Source: an uncultured Acidobacteriota bacterium
Lineage (GTDB): Bacteria > Acidobacteriota > Vicinamibacteria > Vicinamibacterales > UBA8438
Direction: 5' to 3'
DNA: 64,000 bases
NCBI GenBank assembly: GCA_913043225.1
Contig: CAJWLU010000010.1
Location: forward strand, 1 to 64,000
Shown here: positions 29,029-38,785 of the stretch, in pieces
Position numbering within the stretch: position 1 is the stretch's first letter
Layout: each line of letters opens with the position of its first letter
Notes under the pieces: generated by a model
Databases searched by the model: none
Told to the model about the DNA's origin: nothing
Seen by the model: only the letters and a program-made list of their open reading frames with translations
Position numbers and translations under genes: made by a program

Positions 29029-30342
29029 CGGCGTTTGGCTCCCGCTCTGTTCTGTTTCACCCGAAGGTCGACGCCGTTGTCGGCGCCGTCGTCGGCGCCG
29101 CCGTGGGCGTTTTTCGTCGGCGCCCTCCACACCGTGGGCTGCCGCGTCTCGCCACGACTCGAGCAGCTCCGGTGTCTGCCCGTGCAGCTCCATCCAGGTA
29201 AGCGCATCGGTGAACGCGCTCCGGTTGAGGAGACCGCGCCGCACGCGTGGGGTCAGGTGCTCGCCGGCCAGCCGGCGCTGCAGGTCCAGCACCTGGCGCA
29301 GCCTTTCTACGTCTCGCCGCGCCACCGGTAGCACACCAAGCTTGACCTCCAGTGGCCGCTTTGCGAGCGGGTCCTTCGACGCGCGCCGTCGCGGCGGCTC
29401 GATCTGGGTGAACGGTGCGACCAGACTGCCCAGCAGGATCGGGTTGCTCAGCGTGGGTGGGCTGTCTTCGTAATGACGGCGGTATCGGTCGAGAGCCGCG
29501 AGCGATCGCCACAGCGGCTGGGCACGCGCCTTGTCGAGTTCGGGCGCGATATGCCTGAGCAAGCCGGCTTCGCCTAGATCGTTGATGATCCGCTCCGCCG
29601 ATCCGCTCCGTCCAATCTTGTACAACTCTTCGACGAGTCGAGCGGGGGAGCTGTGCACGATCTCGCCTCGATGCTTGCGGATCGCCGCCTGTACCGCTGG
29701 GTCGATGCTCAGGTCGAGGCGCGCGGCGAGTACTACCGCGCGGAGCATACGGACCGGGTCCTCGATGAACCGTTCGTTCGGATCGCCGATGCTCCGGATC
29801 ATCCGTCGCCTGATGTCCTCTATCCCGCCGACGTAGTCCAGAATCGCGCGGGTGGAGGCGTCGTAGAAGAGCGCGTTGATCGTGAAGTCGCGACGAAAAG
29901 CGTCTTCTTCCGCTGTGCCGAAGGTGTTGTCCCGCGGAATAAACCGCTTCGGTCGCACGCGGGTGCGCTCCGCCTCCCGTTTCGCCCGCTCACGCTCCGC
30001 CTCCCGGGCAGCCCGTTCGGTGTCGGTCTCCGGAGGGAGCTGTTTCCGGAAGGTGGCAACCTCCAGGGTCTTGTCCCCGAACTTGATGTGGGCCAGCCGG
30101 AAACGGCGGCCGATGATCCAGCAGTTGCGGAACAGCCGCTTGATCTGCTGTGGGTGGGCGGAGGTGCCAACGTCGAAGTCCTTCGGTCGTCGATCTAGCA
30201 GCAGGTCGCGTACGCCGCCGCCGACGAGGTAGGTCTCGAAGTCGTGCTGCTGCAGGCGATAGATCACCTTCAGTGCGTCGTCGTCGATGTGCTGTCTTGA
30301 AACGGGGTGCTCCGACCGAGGGATATTTATCGGCACCGCCAT
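28975..30342 (-). CDS. pcnB: Poly(A) polymerase I
   Basis: VGGGVRDLL, DFD, PAP-specific IIGRRFRLAHI, RRDFTINAL, EDPVRMLRA. Confidence 0.9.
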   Translation of the reverse strand: MAVPINIPRSEHPVSRQHIDDDALKVIYRLQQHDFETYLVGGGVRDLLLDRRPKDFDVGTSAHPQQIKRLFRNCWIIGRRFRLAHIKFGDKTLEVATFRKQLPPETDTERAAREAERERAKREAERTRVRPKRFIPRDNTFGTAEEDAFRRDFTINALFYDASTRAILDYVGGIEDIRRRMIRSIGDPNERFIEDPVRMLRAVVLAARLDLSIDPAVQAAIRKHRGEIVHSSPARLVEELYKIGRSGSAERIINDLGEAGLLRHIAPELDKARAQPLWRSLAALDRYRRHYEDSPPTLSNPILLGSLVAPFTQIEPPRRRASKDPLAKRPLEVKLGVLPVARRDVERLRQVLDLQRRLAGEHLTPRVRRGLLNRSAFTDALTWMELHGQTPELLESWRDAAAHGVEGADEKRPRRRRRRRRQRRRPSGETEQSGSQTPSTQEYGGHPNERKTDPD

Positions 30343-30385
30343 CGGTCGACGATTATACAACCGCCTTGATCTGCGCGTCTTCGAC

Positions 30386-33064
30386 TCAGCCTTTGGCTGC
30401 GATCCAGTCGTCACCGACCCCGAGGTCGACCTTCAGCGGGACCCGCAGGCTGGCCGCCTCTTCCATCCGGTTCCGCACCAGCGCCGAGACCGCCGCGGCG
30501 TCGTCCCGCGGCACTTCCAGCACCAGCTCGTCGTGGACGGTGAGGATCATCGGTGCGGTGGGGGGGAGTGCGTCGGCCAGGTCAAGCATCGCCCGCTTCA
30601 GAATGTCTGCTGCCGTGCCCTGGATCGGCATGTTTACCGTGGCTCGCTCGCCGGCGGCGCGGATCTGGCCGTTCCGGCTGCGGAGCTCCGGTACCAATCG
30701 GCGTCGCCCGTACATCGTGCGGACCTCACCGGTTTCACGCGCCTGCTCCACCACACTTTCGAGAAACCCGCGTACGTTCGGGTAGCCATCAAAGTAGGCG
30801 TCGATGAACTCCTGGGCGAGTCCTGTGGTCACGCCGATGTCGCGCGACAGCGTGAAGGCGGTCTTTCCGTAGAGGAGCGCGTAGTTGATGATCTTCGCCC
30901 GCCGGCGCAGCTCGTGGGGGTCCAGCCCGCTGTCGGCGCCGAAGACGTGCATGGCGGTTCGGTCGTGGATGTCTTCATCCTTGGCGAACGCTTCGATGAG
31001 CGCTGCGTCCTTCGAGAGGTGGGCCAGCACCCGGAGTTCGATCTGCGAGTAGTCGGCCGAGATGAGCACATGTCTGTCGCGGGCCACGAATGCTCGACGG
31101 ATCTCACGTCCCAGGGCGGTCCGAATCGGGATGTTTTGGAGGTTCGGATCGCTGCTGCTCAGTCGCCCGGTGGCCGCAACCGCCTGGTTGAACGAGGTGT
31201 GCACCCGGCGGGTGTCGCCACGGACCAGCTGCGGTAGCGCGTCGACGTAGGTGCCTTTGAGCTTCTGGATCGCGCGCCACTCGAGCACGAGCTTGGGCAG
31301 CTCATGTTGCAGTGCAAGCTCCTCGAGCACCTCGACGGAGGTCGAAGCCATGCGAGTCTTGCCGGTCTTCTTCTTGGTCGGGAGCGCCAGCTTGTCGAAC
31401 AGAATCGTGGCCAGCTGCTTCGGCGAGTTGACGTTGAACTCTTCGCCAGCTTGCTCGAAGATCGCCGCCTGCAGCTTTCCCAGCTCCGTTTCCATCTCCT
31501 GGGATCGTTCAGTCAGCCGATCGACGTCGATCGCGATGCCTGCCTCCTCTATGTCGGCCAGGATCGGGATCAGCGGATGTTCGAGCTCGCGATACAGCGT
31601 TGCCAGGCCATGGATCTCCAACTGTTCTTGGAGTGGCGTGGCTGCCTGGAGCGGGAGATCGGCCCGTTCGCACGCGTAGCCCAGCACCTCGTCGGGCGGA
31701 ATCCGGTCGAAGTCTGGTGCCTTGGCGCCTTTCCCGCGGATGTCCTCCGCGGTGCGAGCTCGATATCCCGTGTGCTCGAGCGCGATGGTCTCGAGGGTGG
31801 GGGTCGCGCGGGCGGCGTCCAGCAGGTAGCCGGCCAGCATCGTGTCCAGCTCCAGTCCTCTCAAGCGGATCCCGTGAGGTGCGAGCCAGAGCATGATCTG
31901 CTTGAGATCGTGGCCGACGACGGCGGTCGTCTCGTCTTCGAGGAGCGGTCCGAGACGCGCGAACACGGTGGCGTGGTCGAGATGCTCGGTTAGTGCGAGT
32001 CCCCCACTAGCCGCCAGCGGCACGTAGAAGCCGGTGCGAGTCTCGGTAGACAACGCGATCCCGATGAGTCCGTCCGGTTGCGGGGCACCGCTAGTGGTCA
32101 TCAGCCCCACCCCGCAGCGCCCGTGCTCGCGGACGTTCGCGACCACCGCGTCGAGTCCGTCCGGGTCGTCGATCAGTCGGTACTCAGTCGTGACACTCTC
32201 GGCGGTTGGCGCGAACTCGGCCACCAGCGACTTGAAACCGAGCTCCGTGCAGAGCGTGAAGCAGCGCTCGCGGTCGGCGCCCTGGTAGCGGTAGCGGTCT
32301 GGTTCATAGGGCACTGGCACGTCGGTGCGGATCTGGACCAGCGCGCGGCTCTGGTACGCATCGTCGGCGTGTTCGGTCAGCGCGGTCCGATACTTCTTCT
32401 TGGTGAGCTCGGCGGCGGCCTCGAGCAGACGGTCCAGCGTCTCGTGAGTCGTGATGAGCTCGCGAGCGCCCTTTTCCCCAATGCCAGGCACCCCCTTCAC
32501 GTTGTCGCTGGAGTCGCCCATCAGCGCCAGCACGTCGACCACTTGGTCCGGCCTGACCCCGAACCTCTCCACGACACCAGCAGCGTCGTACCAGACACCC
32601 TCGTCACGCGGGTTGAACACCTGAACCTGATCGTTCACCAGTTGGAAGAAGTCTTTGTCGCCGGTGACCAGCACCACCTGCAGACCGTCCGCGGTGGCCC
32701 GAGTGGCGAGGGTGCCGATGACATCGTCCGCCTCGACTCCCTTGTGAGTCACGATCGGCACGCCGAAAGCTGTGCACGCCTCGTGGACCCACGGCACCTG
32801 TTCGACGAGGTCTTCCGGCATCGGCTGCCGGTTCGCCTTGTAGTCGGCCGAGAGTTCGTTCCGGAACGTCGGACCCCTCAGGTCGAACGCCGCCGCGACC
32901 AGGGCGGGCTCGTGGTCTTCCAGCAGCTTCCGTAACATCGTGATGAACCCATAGACCGCGTTGGTCGACCGCCCGTCGGGGCCGGTCAGTTCCCGGATCG
33001 CGTGATAGGCGCGATACATCTGCGAGTTGCCGTCGATCAGGAACAGCCGCTGGTCTGAGGACAT
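30386..33064 (-). CDS. polA: DNA polymerase I
   Basis: 5' nuclease (EADD, GDKD, GVPGIG), DYSQIELR, TVHDE. Confidence 0.97.
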   Translation of the reverse strand: MSSDQRLFLIDGNSQMYRAYHAIRELTGPDGRSTNAVYGFITMLRKLLEDHEPALVAAAFDLRGPTFRNELSADYKANRQPMPEDLVEQVPWVHEACTAFGVPIVTHKGVEADDVIGTLATRATADGLQVVLVTGDKDFFQLVNDQVQVFNPRDEGVWYDAAGVVERFGVRPDQVVDVLALMGDSSDNVKGVPGIGEKGARELITTHETLDRLLEAAAELTKKKYRTALTEHADDAYQSRALVQIRTDVPVPYEPDRYRYQGADRERCFTLCTELGFKSLVAEFAPTAESVTTEYRLIDDPDGLDAVVANVREHGRCGVGLMTTSGAPQPDGLIGIALSTETRTGFYVPLAASGGLALTEHLDHATVFARLGPLLEDETTAVVGHDLKQIMLWLAPHGIRLRGLELDTMLAGYLLDAARATPTLETIALEHTGYRARTAEDIRGKGAKAPDFDRIPPDEVLGYACERADLPLQAATPLQEQLEIHGLATLYRELEHPLIPILADIEEAGIAIDVDRLTERSQEMETELGKLQAAIFEQAGEEFNVNSPKQLATILFDKLALPTKKKTGKTRMASTSVEVLEELALQHELPKLVLEWRAIQKLKGTYVDALPQLVRGDTRRVHTSFNQAVAATGRLSSSDPNLQNIPIRTALGREIRRAFVARDRHVLISADYSQIELRVLAHLSKDAALIEAFAKDEDIHDRTAMHVFGADSGLDPHELRRRAKIINYALLYGKTAFTLSRDIGVTTGLAQEFIDAYFDGYPNVRGFLESVVEQARETGEVRTMYGRRRLVPELRSRNGQIRAAGERATVNMPIQGTAADILKRAMLDLADALPPTAPMILTVHDELVLEVPRDDAAAVSALVRNRMEEAASLRVPLKVDLGVGDDWIAAKG

Positions 33065-33243
33065 CTGGAAGGCAGGCAGTATATACCGCGCTCAGAGCGC
33101 GGTTGGTGCGGGGCGAGCGGGTCTTGCGGGTAAGGGTTTGGGTGCTGCTGAGCGTCAGGTAGAGAGTGCGCTGTGGACCAGCGCGCAAGCTCACGCGGGC
33201 GGCGTCGTCTCGCAGGTCGGTCGGAAGATGTGGGTCGAGGGAG

Positions 33244-33972
33244 CTACACGAAGATGATCGTCCCGATGCCGGCGACGATGAACACCACCTGGCGAACCGC
33301 GCCGACGTCCACCGCGTCGCGGTGTAGTCCCGGGATCAGGTCAGACATGGCCACATACAAAAAGCTCCCGGCGGCGAAAGCCAGGATGTAGGGAAGTACG
33401 AGCGGGGTCCAGCTCGAGGCCCCCCAGACGGCGGTCGCCCCAACGGCGCAGGTCGAAGCCGACAGGGCATTTAAGGCGAAGGCGCGCGCGCGCGAGTAAC
33501 CGGCATCGAGGAGGATGGCGTAGTCGCTGACCTCCTGTGGGATCTGATGTGCCGCGACTGCGAGTGCCGTGGTCAGGCCCAAGGGGACCGACGTTAGGAG
33601 GGCGGCGCCGACGACGGCGCCGTCGGTGAGGTTGTGCAGCGCTCCGCCGATCAGCACCAGCGGCGCGCTCGCGTCGTGGGCCTCGCAGTCGTCCGTGTGG
33701 CAGTGCCGCCACAGGACGAACTTTTCCAGCATGAAGAAGGTGAGGATGCCAGCGAGGAGCGCGCCTAGGGCCGCCGTCGTGCTGAGGCTCTCGAGCGCCT
33801 CGGGCACCAGGGCCAGCATCGCCACTCCGAGCAGCGTGCCGACAGCGTAGCTAATTAGACCGGGGACGACCTGGTGCCGGCGTCGCTGCTCAACTAGGAG
33901 CAGCGGCGCGGCCAGGACCACACCGCCCCCGCTCCCCAGCAGACTCAGACCGACCGCAGCGAGCAATTCCAC
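33244..33972 (-). CDS. ZIP family metal transporter
   Basis: HCH loop, LHNLTDG, AHQIPQE, GSFLYVAMSDLIP. Confidence 0.88.
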   Translation of the reverse strand: MELLAAVGLSLLGSGGGVVLAAPLLLVEQRRRHQVVPGLISYAVGTLLGVAMLALVPEALESLSTTAALGALLAGILTFFMLEKFVLWRHCHTDDCEAHDASAPLVLIGGALHNLTDGAVVGAALLTSVPLGLTTALAVAAHQIPQEVSDYAILLDAGYSRARAFALNALSASTCAVGATAVWGASSWTPLVLPYILAFAAGSFLYVAMSDLIPGLHRDAVDVGAVRQVVFIVAGIGTIIFV

Positions 33973-34000
33973 GCGCGAGATGTTATCGCGAACGTTCGGA

Positions 34001-35041
34001 TCACGGGGTGGCCGTGTAACCGCGGCGCGCCCGCACCCGATATTGGCGGTCCTTTACCTCGACGCGGATGCTGTGCCAGTGCCCGTCTCGCTCGGCTTGG
34101 GCGGGATAGCCTAGGTAGTACTGCTGGTTCAGCTCGCGCGCGATGCCCTCGGTGGCCGGATCAAGGTCGTCGGCGTTCCGGATGATCTCGGTTCGTCCCC
34201 CGCTGTCGTCGGTTAGGTCGCGGAGCGCGGCAACATTGACCCGATCGTCTCGGCTCTGGTTGATCTGCCGGCGCCCTTGCGGAATCGGGGAGCGGCGGCC
34301 TCCGCCTGGAAACGGTAGCGGGGTCGAGGGTGGGATCCCGATCTGCGGGCCGCCCCTGTTCCAGCCTCGGCGCCGCGAATCACCGTCGATCCCGATGGCG
34401 TACACGAGCGCTTCGTTTTCCCGGATCATCGACTGGAGCTCGCGGACGTTGATCTCACTGTTGGTGTCGTTACCGTCCGAGATGACGAGCACCGCCTTCT
34501 TCCGGTGTCGTCCCTCTGCCACCTGGGGCACCGACTCGGCGACCGCGTCGTACATCGCCGTGCCGCCGTTCGGACGGAGAGTGCGCAAAGCCTGGCTCAG
34601 TCGATCCCGATTCGTGGTCCAGTCCTGCACCAGTTGAGGGGTGTAGTTGAACTCGTAGACGAACACTTCATCATCGGGACCCAGCAGGTCGTAGAGGAAC
34701 CGGTCGAGCGCGTCCCAGGCCGCGTTCATCTTGCGGCCGTCCATGCTGCCGCTCGTGTCCAGCGCGATCCCCAGGCTGACCGGTACGCGGTCGTTGTTGA
34801 AGTGCGTGATCTCGACCGGTTGGTCGTCCTCGTAGACGAGGAAGTCGTCCTGGGTCAGACCGTTCACGAATCGGCCACGTCGGTCGGTCACGGTGGCCGA
34901 GATGTTGATCAGCTCGATGCCGGTGCGGAAGACGAAGGTTGTGTCTTCCGGAGGGGTGTCCGGCGGCTGCTGACCGCTGACCACGATCGGGATTGTAGCC
35001 GCCGTGGCCAACACGACGACCTGATGGCGTCCCCAACTCAC
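34001..35041 (-). CDS. Acidobacterial-type VWA domain protein, secreted
   Basis: FRTGIELI, TVTD..G..V.GL...DF, DTSGS, ISDG, QYYLGY, RARRGY. Confidence 0.85.
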   Translation of the reverse strand: MSWGRHQVVVLATAATIPIVVSGQQPPDTPPEDTTFVFRTGIELINISATVTDRRGRFVNGLTQDDFLVYEDDQPVEITHFNNDRVPVSLGIALDTSGSMDGRKMNAAWDALDRFLYDLLGPDDEVFVYEFNYTPQLVQDWTTNRDRLSQALRTLRPNGGTAMYDAVAESVPQVAEGRHRKKAVLVISDGNDTNSEINVRELQSMIRENEALVYAIGIDGDSRRRGWNRGGPQIGIPPSTPLPFPGGGRRSPIPQGRRQINQSRDDRVNVAALRDLTDDSGGRTEIIRNADDLDPATEGIARELNQQYYLGYPAQAERDGHWHSIRVEVKDRQYRVRARRGYTATP

Positions 35042-35768
35042 GGCTGATCTCCTGCGCCGCGTCGATCGATGTGCGGCAGACTCGATTGGGCTTCGATGAA
35101 GCTGACCCGATAGCGGTTGATTCGGTCTGCGTCCGGCAGCGCGATCTTGAACGGAATCTCCCTGCCCGGCTGTAGCACCTCGATATCGAGCGGCGTCTGC
35201 CCCCGGCCCACCACGTCGCCGTCACGGCTGAAGACCGTCGCGGCGACGCTCAGCTGCCGTCGTTCCATTCCGTCGGCTGGGTTTCGAATGGTGCCGCGGA
35301 TAGCGAGAAAGTCTCCTTCACGAGCGTGGTCGAGCGATAGTAGCTCGACCGGAAGGCTGGTCGACGCCGGGGCCGCCGTCTGGGCCGACGGCCAGAGGGC
35401 GCCGATGGCAATTGCCGTGGCTACCACTCCCACGGCCGCCACGCCAAGCAGCGGTCGACCCGGGGGGGGGCATCGGTGGCCTCAGTGGCGAACAGTCCGT
35501 TGTCGGGCAGGATGCTGCGTCTACCGGAAGGGACGGTGTAGATGGAGTCCGGGGGTGTGTCCCCCACGCCACGCGCGGTTGGCCGGCCCGCGGGTCGGTC
35601 GAGGGGCTCCTGGCGGCCGGAGCGGACGCGTTCTAGCTCCGACATCAGGCTGGCGATTCTTGCATCGGCCCGGCGCCGCTCTTCCCTCAGCAGACGCCAG
35701 GTCACGATGCCCATCGCGAAGGCCATCGTGAGTGAGATCACGGTAACGGCGAACAGCGCGATATCCAT
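35038..35768 (-). pseudogene. Membrane protein with C-terminal FxLYD-like domain, split by a frameshift in a C9 run
   Basis: ORFs 35421-35768 and 35038-35442 join if one base is added to the G9 run at 35462-35470. Confidence 0.65.
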
Positions 35769-35804
35769 GCGTCCGTCTCCTCGGCGCGAACCTCTAAGTC
35801 CGCG

Positions 35805-36080
35805 CTACCGAACGAGAAACCGACAGCGTCCTCGACGAGCACGGCCACCGGGGTGACTTGGCTGTTCGCCGGCGAGAACCACCATTGTCGCACCGTCGAT
35901 GCGGCTTCTTCATCTAGACTCGATCCCAGCCTGCGGAGTACATGCACCTTATCGACCGAGCCCTCGGCGGTCACGACAATCTCAAGCCAGATCTCGCCCT
36001 CCAGTCCGGCGCGGTGCGCCCGATCCGTGTGGTCCGGCACAACCTCGCGCTGTAGTCGAGGTTCCAGAATTGCAAGACTC
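35805..36080 (-). pseudogene. Decayed TonB C-terminal domain gene
   Basis: EPRLQREVVPDHTDRAHRAGLEGEIWLEIVVTAEGSV...LDEEAASTVRQWWFSPA; no N-terminal anchor; likely native stop is out of frame. Confidence 0.6.
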
Positions 36081-36215
36081 TTGCCGGGTCCGAGAGAACA
36101 CGAATACTAGGCTTCTCGGACATTTGACGCCGGGTCTTTGGGTACGGCTGGCCGAGGGGGTGCCGCCGATGTGAAACGGTCGTCCGTCGGTGGGGGTGAG
36201 TGTGTCCTGCAGAGG

Positions 36216-36788
36216 TCAGGCGCCGGCGTCCTGACCTGGCTTCATCCCCTCGGTGAATAGCCATCCCTCGCGCTCGGCCAGCGTGCGAACCGGGTGGAAG
36301 CCTTCGGCCTTCAGGGCCGCTTCGGCACCGCCCTGGTTCCGGTAGTGCGGGTCCATGGTGCGGGAGGAGAACAGCGCTCCGAGTCCACCCCGTGGCGCAG
36401 TCTCGATCACGACCACCCGGCCGCCCACCCGTAGCACCTGGTTTACCGCCTGTAGGGTGCCGACACGCTCGTGAGGGCGCATCGAGCCAATCAGTTCGGG
36501 CACGACGACGGCGTCGAACCAGCCCTGAGCGAAGGGTGGAGTGCGCAGGGGCGCCACTTTGACTTCCACGAGGACGCCCTGGCGTTCGGCGGCCTTGCTC
36601 ACCTGGTCCGCCCCACCCTGATCGGGGACCAGCGCGGCCGCCTGGCCACTCAATCCGACCTTGGCCGCAAGCATCGCGGCGAGCTTAGGGTCCTCGGCGC
36701 CCACCTGGAGGACACGGTCGCCCATCTTGACGCCGGTCATGACCGTACGCAGGTCCTCTTCTCCGCGGATCTTCTTGAAAAAGGACAT
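36216..36788 (-). CDS. Methyltransferase-fold protein
   Basis: GDRVLQVG, FDAVV, VLRVGGRVVVIE; degenerate Gly-rich motif I. Confidence 0.65.
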   Translation of the reverse strand: MSFFKKIRGEEDLRTVMTGVKMGDRVLQVGAEDPKLAAMLAAKVGLSGQAAALVPDQGGADQVSKAAERQGVLVEVKVAPLRTPPFAQGWFDAVVVPELIGSMRPHERVGTLQAVNQVLRVGGRVVVIETAPRGGLGALFSSRTMDPHYRNQGGAEAALKAEGFHPVRTLAEREGWLFTEGMKPGQDAGA

Positions 36789-36878
36789 GTTGGAGAGACG
36801 ACCCGACTCGACGCGGGCTCCGGTCACGACGGAGCCCGCGTCCGGGTCCCCCTGGGCGCCATGATATAGTGACCGGCC

Positions 36879-38192
36879 GTGAAACACCCAGTCGAAATCG
36901 CCCCCGCCTCGGGCAAGCTCGGAGTCTTGCTTGTCGGGATGGGTGCGGTCAGCACCACGTTCATCGCCGGCACTCTGCTGATTCGCAGGGGTTTGGCGCC
37001 GGCCATCGGTTCGCTCGCAGAGATGGGCACCGTTCGTCTAGGCAAACGCAACGAGGGACGCTCGCCGCTCATCAAGGAGTTTGTGCAGCTTGCCGGGCTC
37101 GACGACCTCGTGTTCGGCGCCTGGGATATCTTCGAGGAGAACGGCTTCGAGGCCGCCACTACCGCCGGCGTGATCGAGCCGGCGCTCCTCGAGCAGATCC
37201 GCCCGGAACTTGAGGCGATCACGCCGTGGCCGGCGGTGTTCGATCAGAAATACGTCAAACGTCTGGCTGGCACCAACGTGAAGACCGGCCCTACCAAGCT
37301 CGATCTGGCCGAACAGCTGCGTGACGACATCCGTCGCTTCAAGGAGGAGCACAGCGTCGAGCGGCTGGTCATGATCTGGTGCGGCAGCACCGAGATCTTC
37401 ATGACACCGAGCGATGCGCACCAGTCGCTCGAGGCGTTCGAGGCGGCCATGGCGGCCAATGCCGACGAGATTTCGTCGAGCATGGTCTACGCCTATGCGG
37501 CCTTGAAGGAGGGGATCCCCTACGCGAACGCTGCGCCGAACCTCAGCGCCGACGTGCCTGCGCTCGATCAGCTGGCGCTCGATATGGGGTCGCCGGTGTG
37601 CGGCAAAGACCTGAAGACCGGTCAGACCCTGATCAAGACGATCGTGGCGCCCGGGCTCAAGGCTCGTCTTATCGGGGTGTCGGGCTGGTACTCGACCAAC
37701 ATCCTCGGGAACCGGGATGGCGAGGTGCTAGACGATCCCGAGTCGTTCAAGACGAAGGAGGAGAGCAAGAAGTCGGTACTCGACTATATCCTCCAGCCCG
37801 ACCTCTATCCGGAGCTGTACGACGAACTCTGTCATGTCGTCCGCATCAACTATTACCCTCCGCGTGGCGACAATAAGGAAGGCTGGGACAACATTGATCT
37901 GGTCGGGTGGCTTGGCTATCCGATGCAGCTGAAGATCAACTTCCTGTGCCGCGACAGTATCCTCGCCGCGCCCATCGTGCTCGATCTTGTGCTTTTCCTC
38001 GATCTGGCCAAGCGGGCCGGCATGAGCGGCATCCAGGAGTGGCTGTCGTTCTACTTTAAGAGCCCGGTTCACGCCCCCGGGCTGTATCCTGAGCACGACC
38101 TCTTCATTCAGCTCATGAAGCTAAAGAACACGTTGCGCTACATGCGCGGCGAAGAGCTCATCACGCACCTCGGCCTCGAGTACTACGACTAG
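36879..38192 (+). CDS. ino1: myo-inositol-1-phosphate synthase
   Basis: GMGAVST, GKDLKTGQT, NILGNRDG, GDNK, DSILAAP, FYFKSP. Confidence 0.93.
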   Translation: MKHPVEIAPASGKLGVLLVGMGAVSTTFIAGTLLIRRGLAPAIGSLAEMGTVRLGKRNEGRSPLIKEFVQLAGLDDLVFGAWDIFEENGFEAATTAGVIEPALLEQIRPELEAITPWPAVFDQKYVKRLAGTNVKTGPTKLDLAEQLRDDIRRFKEEHSVERLVMIWCGSTEIFMTPSDAHQSLEAFEAAMAANADEISSSMVYAYAALKEGIPYANAAPNLSADVPALDQLALDMGSPVCGKDLKTGQTLIKTIVAPGLKARLIGVSGWYSTNILGNRDGEVLDDPESFKTKEESKKSVLDYILQPDLYPELYDELCHVVRINYYPPRGDNKEGWDNIDLVGWLGYPMQLKINFLCRDSILAAPIVLDLVLFLDLAKRAGMSGIQEWLSFYFKSPVHAPGLYPEHDLFIQLMKLKNTLRYMRGEELITHLGLEYYD

Positions 38193-38213
38193 ACGCCTGC
38201 CACCAGGGTCACG

Positions 38214-38696
38214 ATGCCCCCATTTCAGCCGGTCCTCCTGGGCGGTTTGTTTAATGGCGTGCTTTCGTCGCTGCCGTTCATCTCGCTGGGGAACTGCTGC
38301 TGTCTGTGGGTCACCGGCGGGGGAGTCGTGACGGCCTACCTCCTGCAGGAACGGACGCCTCGACCGATCGAGCTTCATGACGGAGCGTTCGGTGGGTTCC
38401 TGGCCGGTATCGTCGGGGCCTTTATCATCGGCCTGGTGGGGATCGTAACCGCGCCAATGCAGATCGATTCTATTGAGGAGGAGCTGCGGACGCTGCCGCC
38501 CGAGATGCTGCAGTTCGTCGACGTCGAAGCGCTGATCGCCGGCAACGGGCTGCTCCTGACCATGATCAGCTTCTTCCTCTCACTCGTCATTGGCGCCATC
38601 TTCTCGACGCTTGGTGGTCTGCTGGGCGCGCTCTTCTTCCGCCGAAACAAGCCGCGGGTGATTGGGTCGCCCCCCTCGGCCACAGCCGTGCCATGA
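38214..38696 (+). CDS. Hypothetical membrane protein with CCC motif
   Basis: About 4 TM segments, [15 protein letters not shown]. Confidence 0.7.
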   Translation: MPPFQPVLLGGLFNGVLSSLPFISLGNCCCLWVTGGGVVTAYLLQERTPRPIELHDGAFGGFLAGIVGAFIIGLVGIVTAPMQIDSIEEELRTLPPEMLQFVDVEALIAGNGLLLTMISFFLSLVIGAIFSTLGGLLGALFFRRNKPRVIGSPPSATAVP

Positions 38697-38732
38697 GTCA
38701 GCTGCTCGATTCGCTCCGGGGCGGGAAGCTCC

Positions 38733-38774
38733 ATAGAAGTGCTGGGGCACAAGATAGAAGTGCTAGAACACAAG
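38733..38774 (+). repeat. Imperfect 21-bp tandem direct repeat (2 copies)
   Basis: ATAGAAGTGCTGGGGCACAAG followed by ATAGAAGTGCTAGAACACAAG. Confidence 0.85.
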
Positions 38775-38785
38775 GTGTCACGCGC

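Noticed and set aside
38733..38774. CRISPR array
   Set aside because: Only two abutting copies, no spacers and no cas genes.
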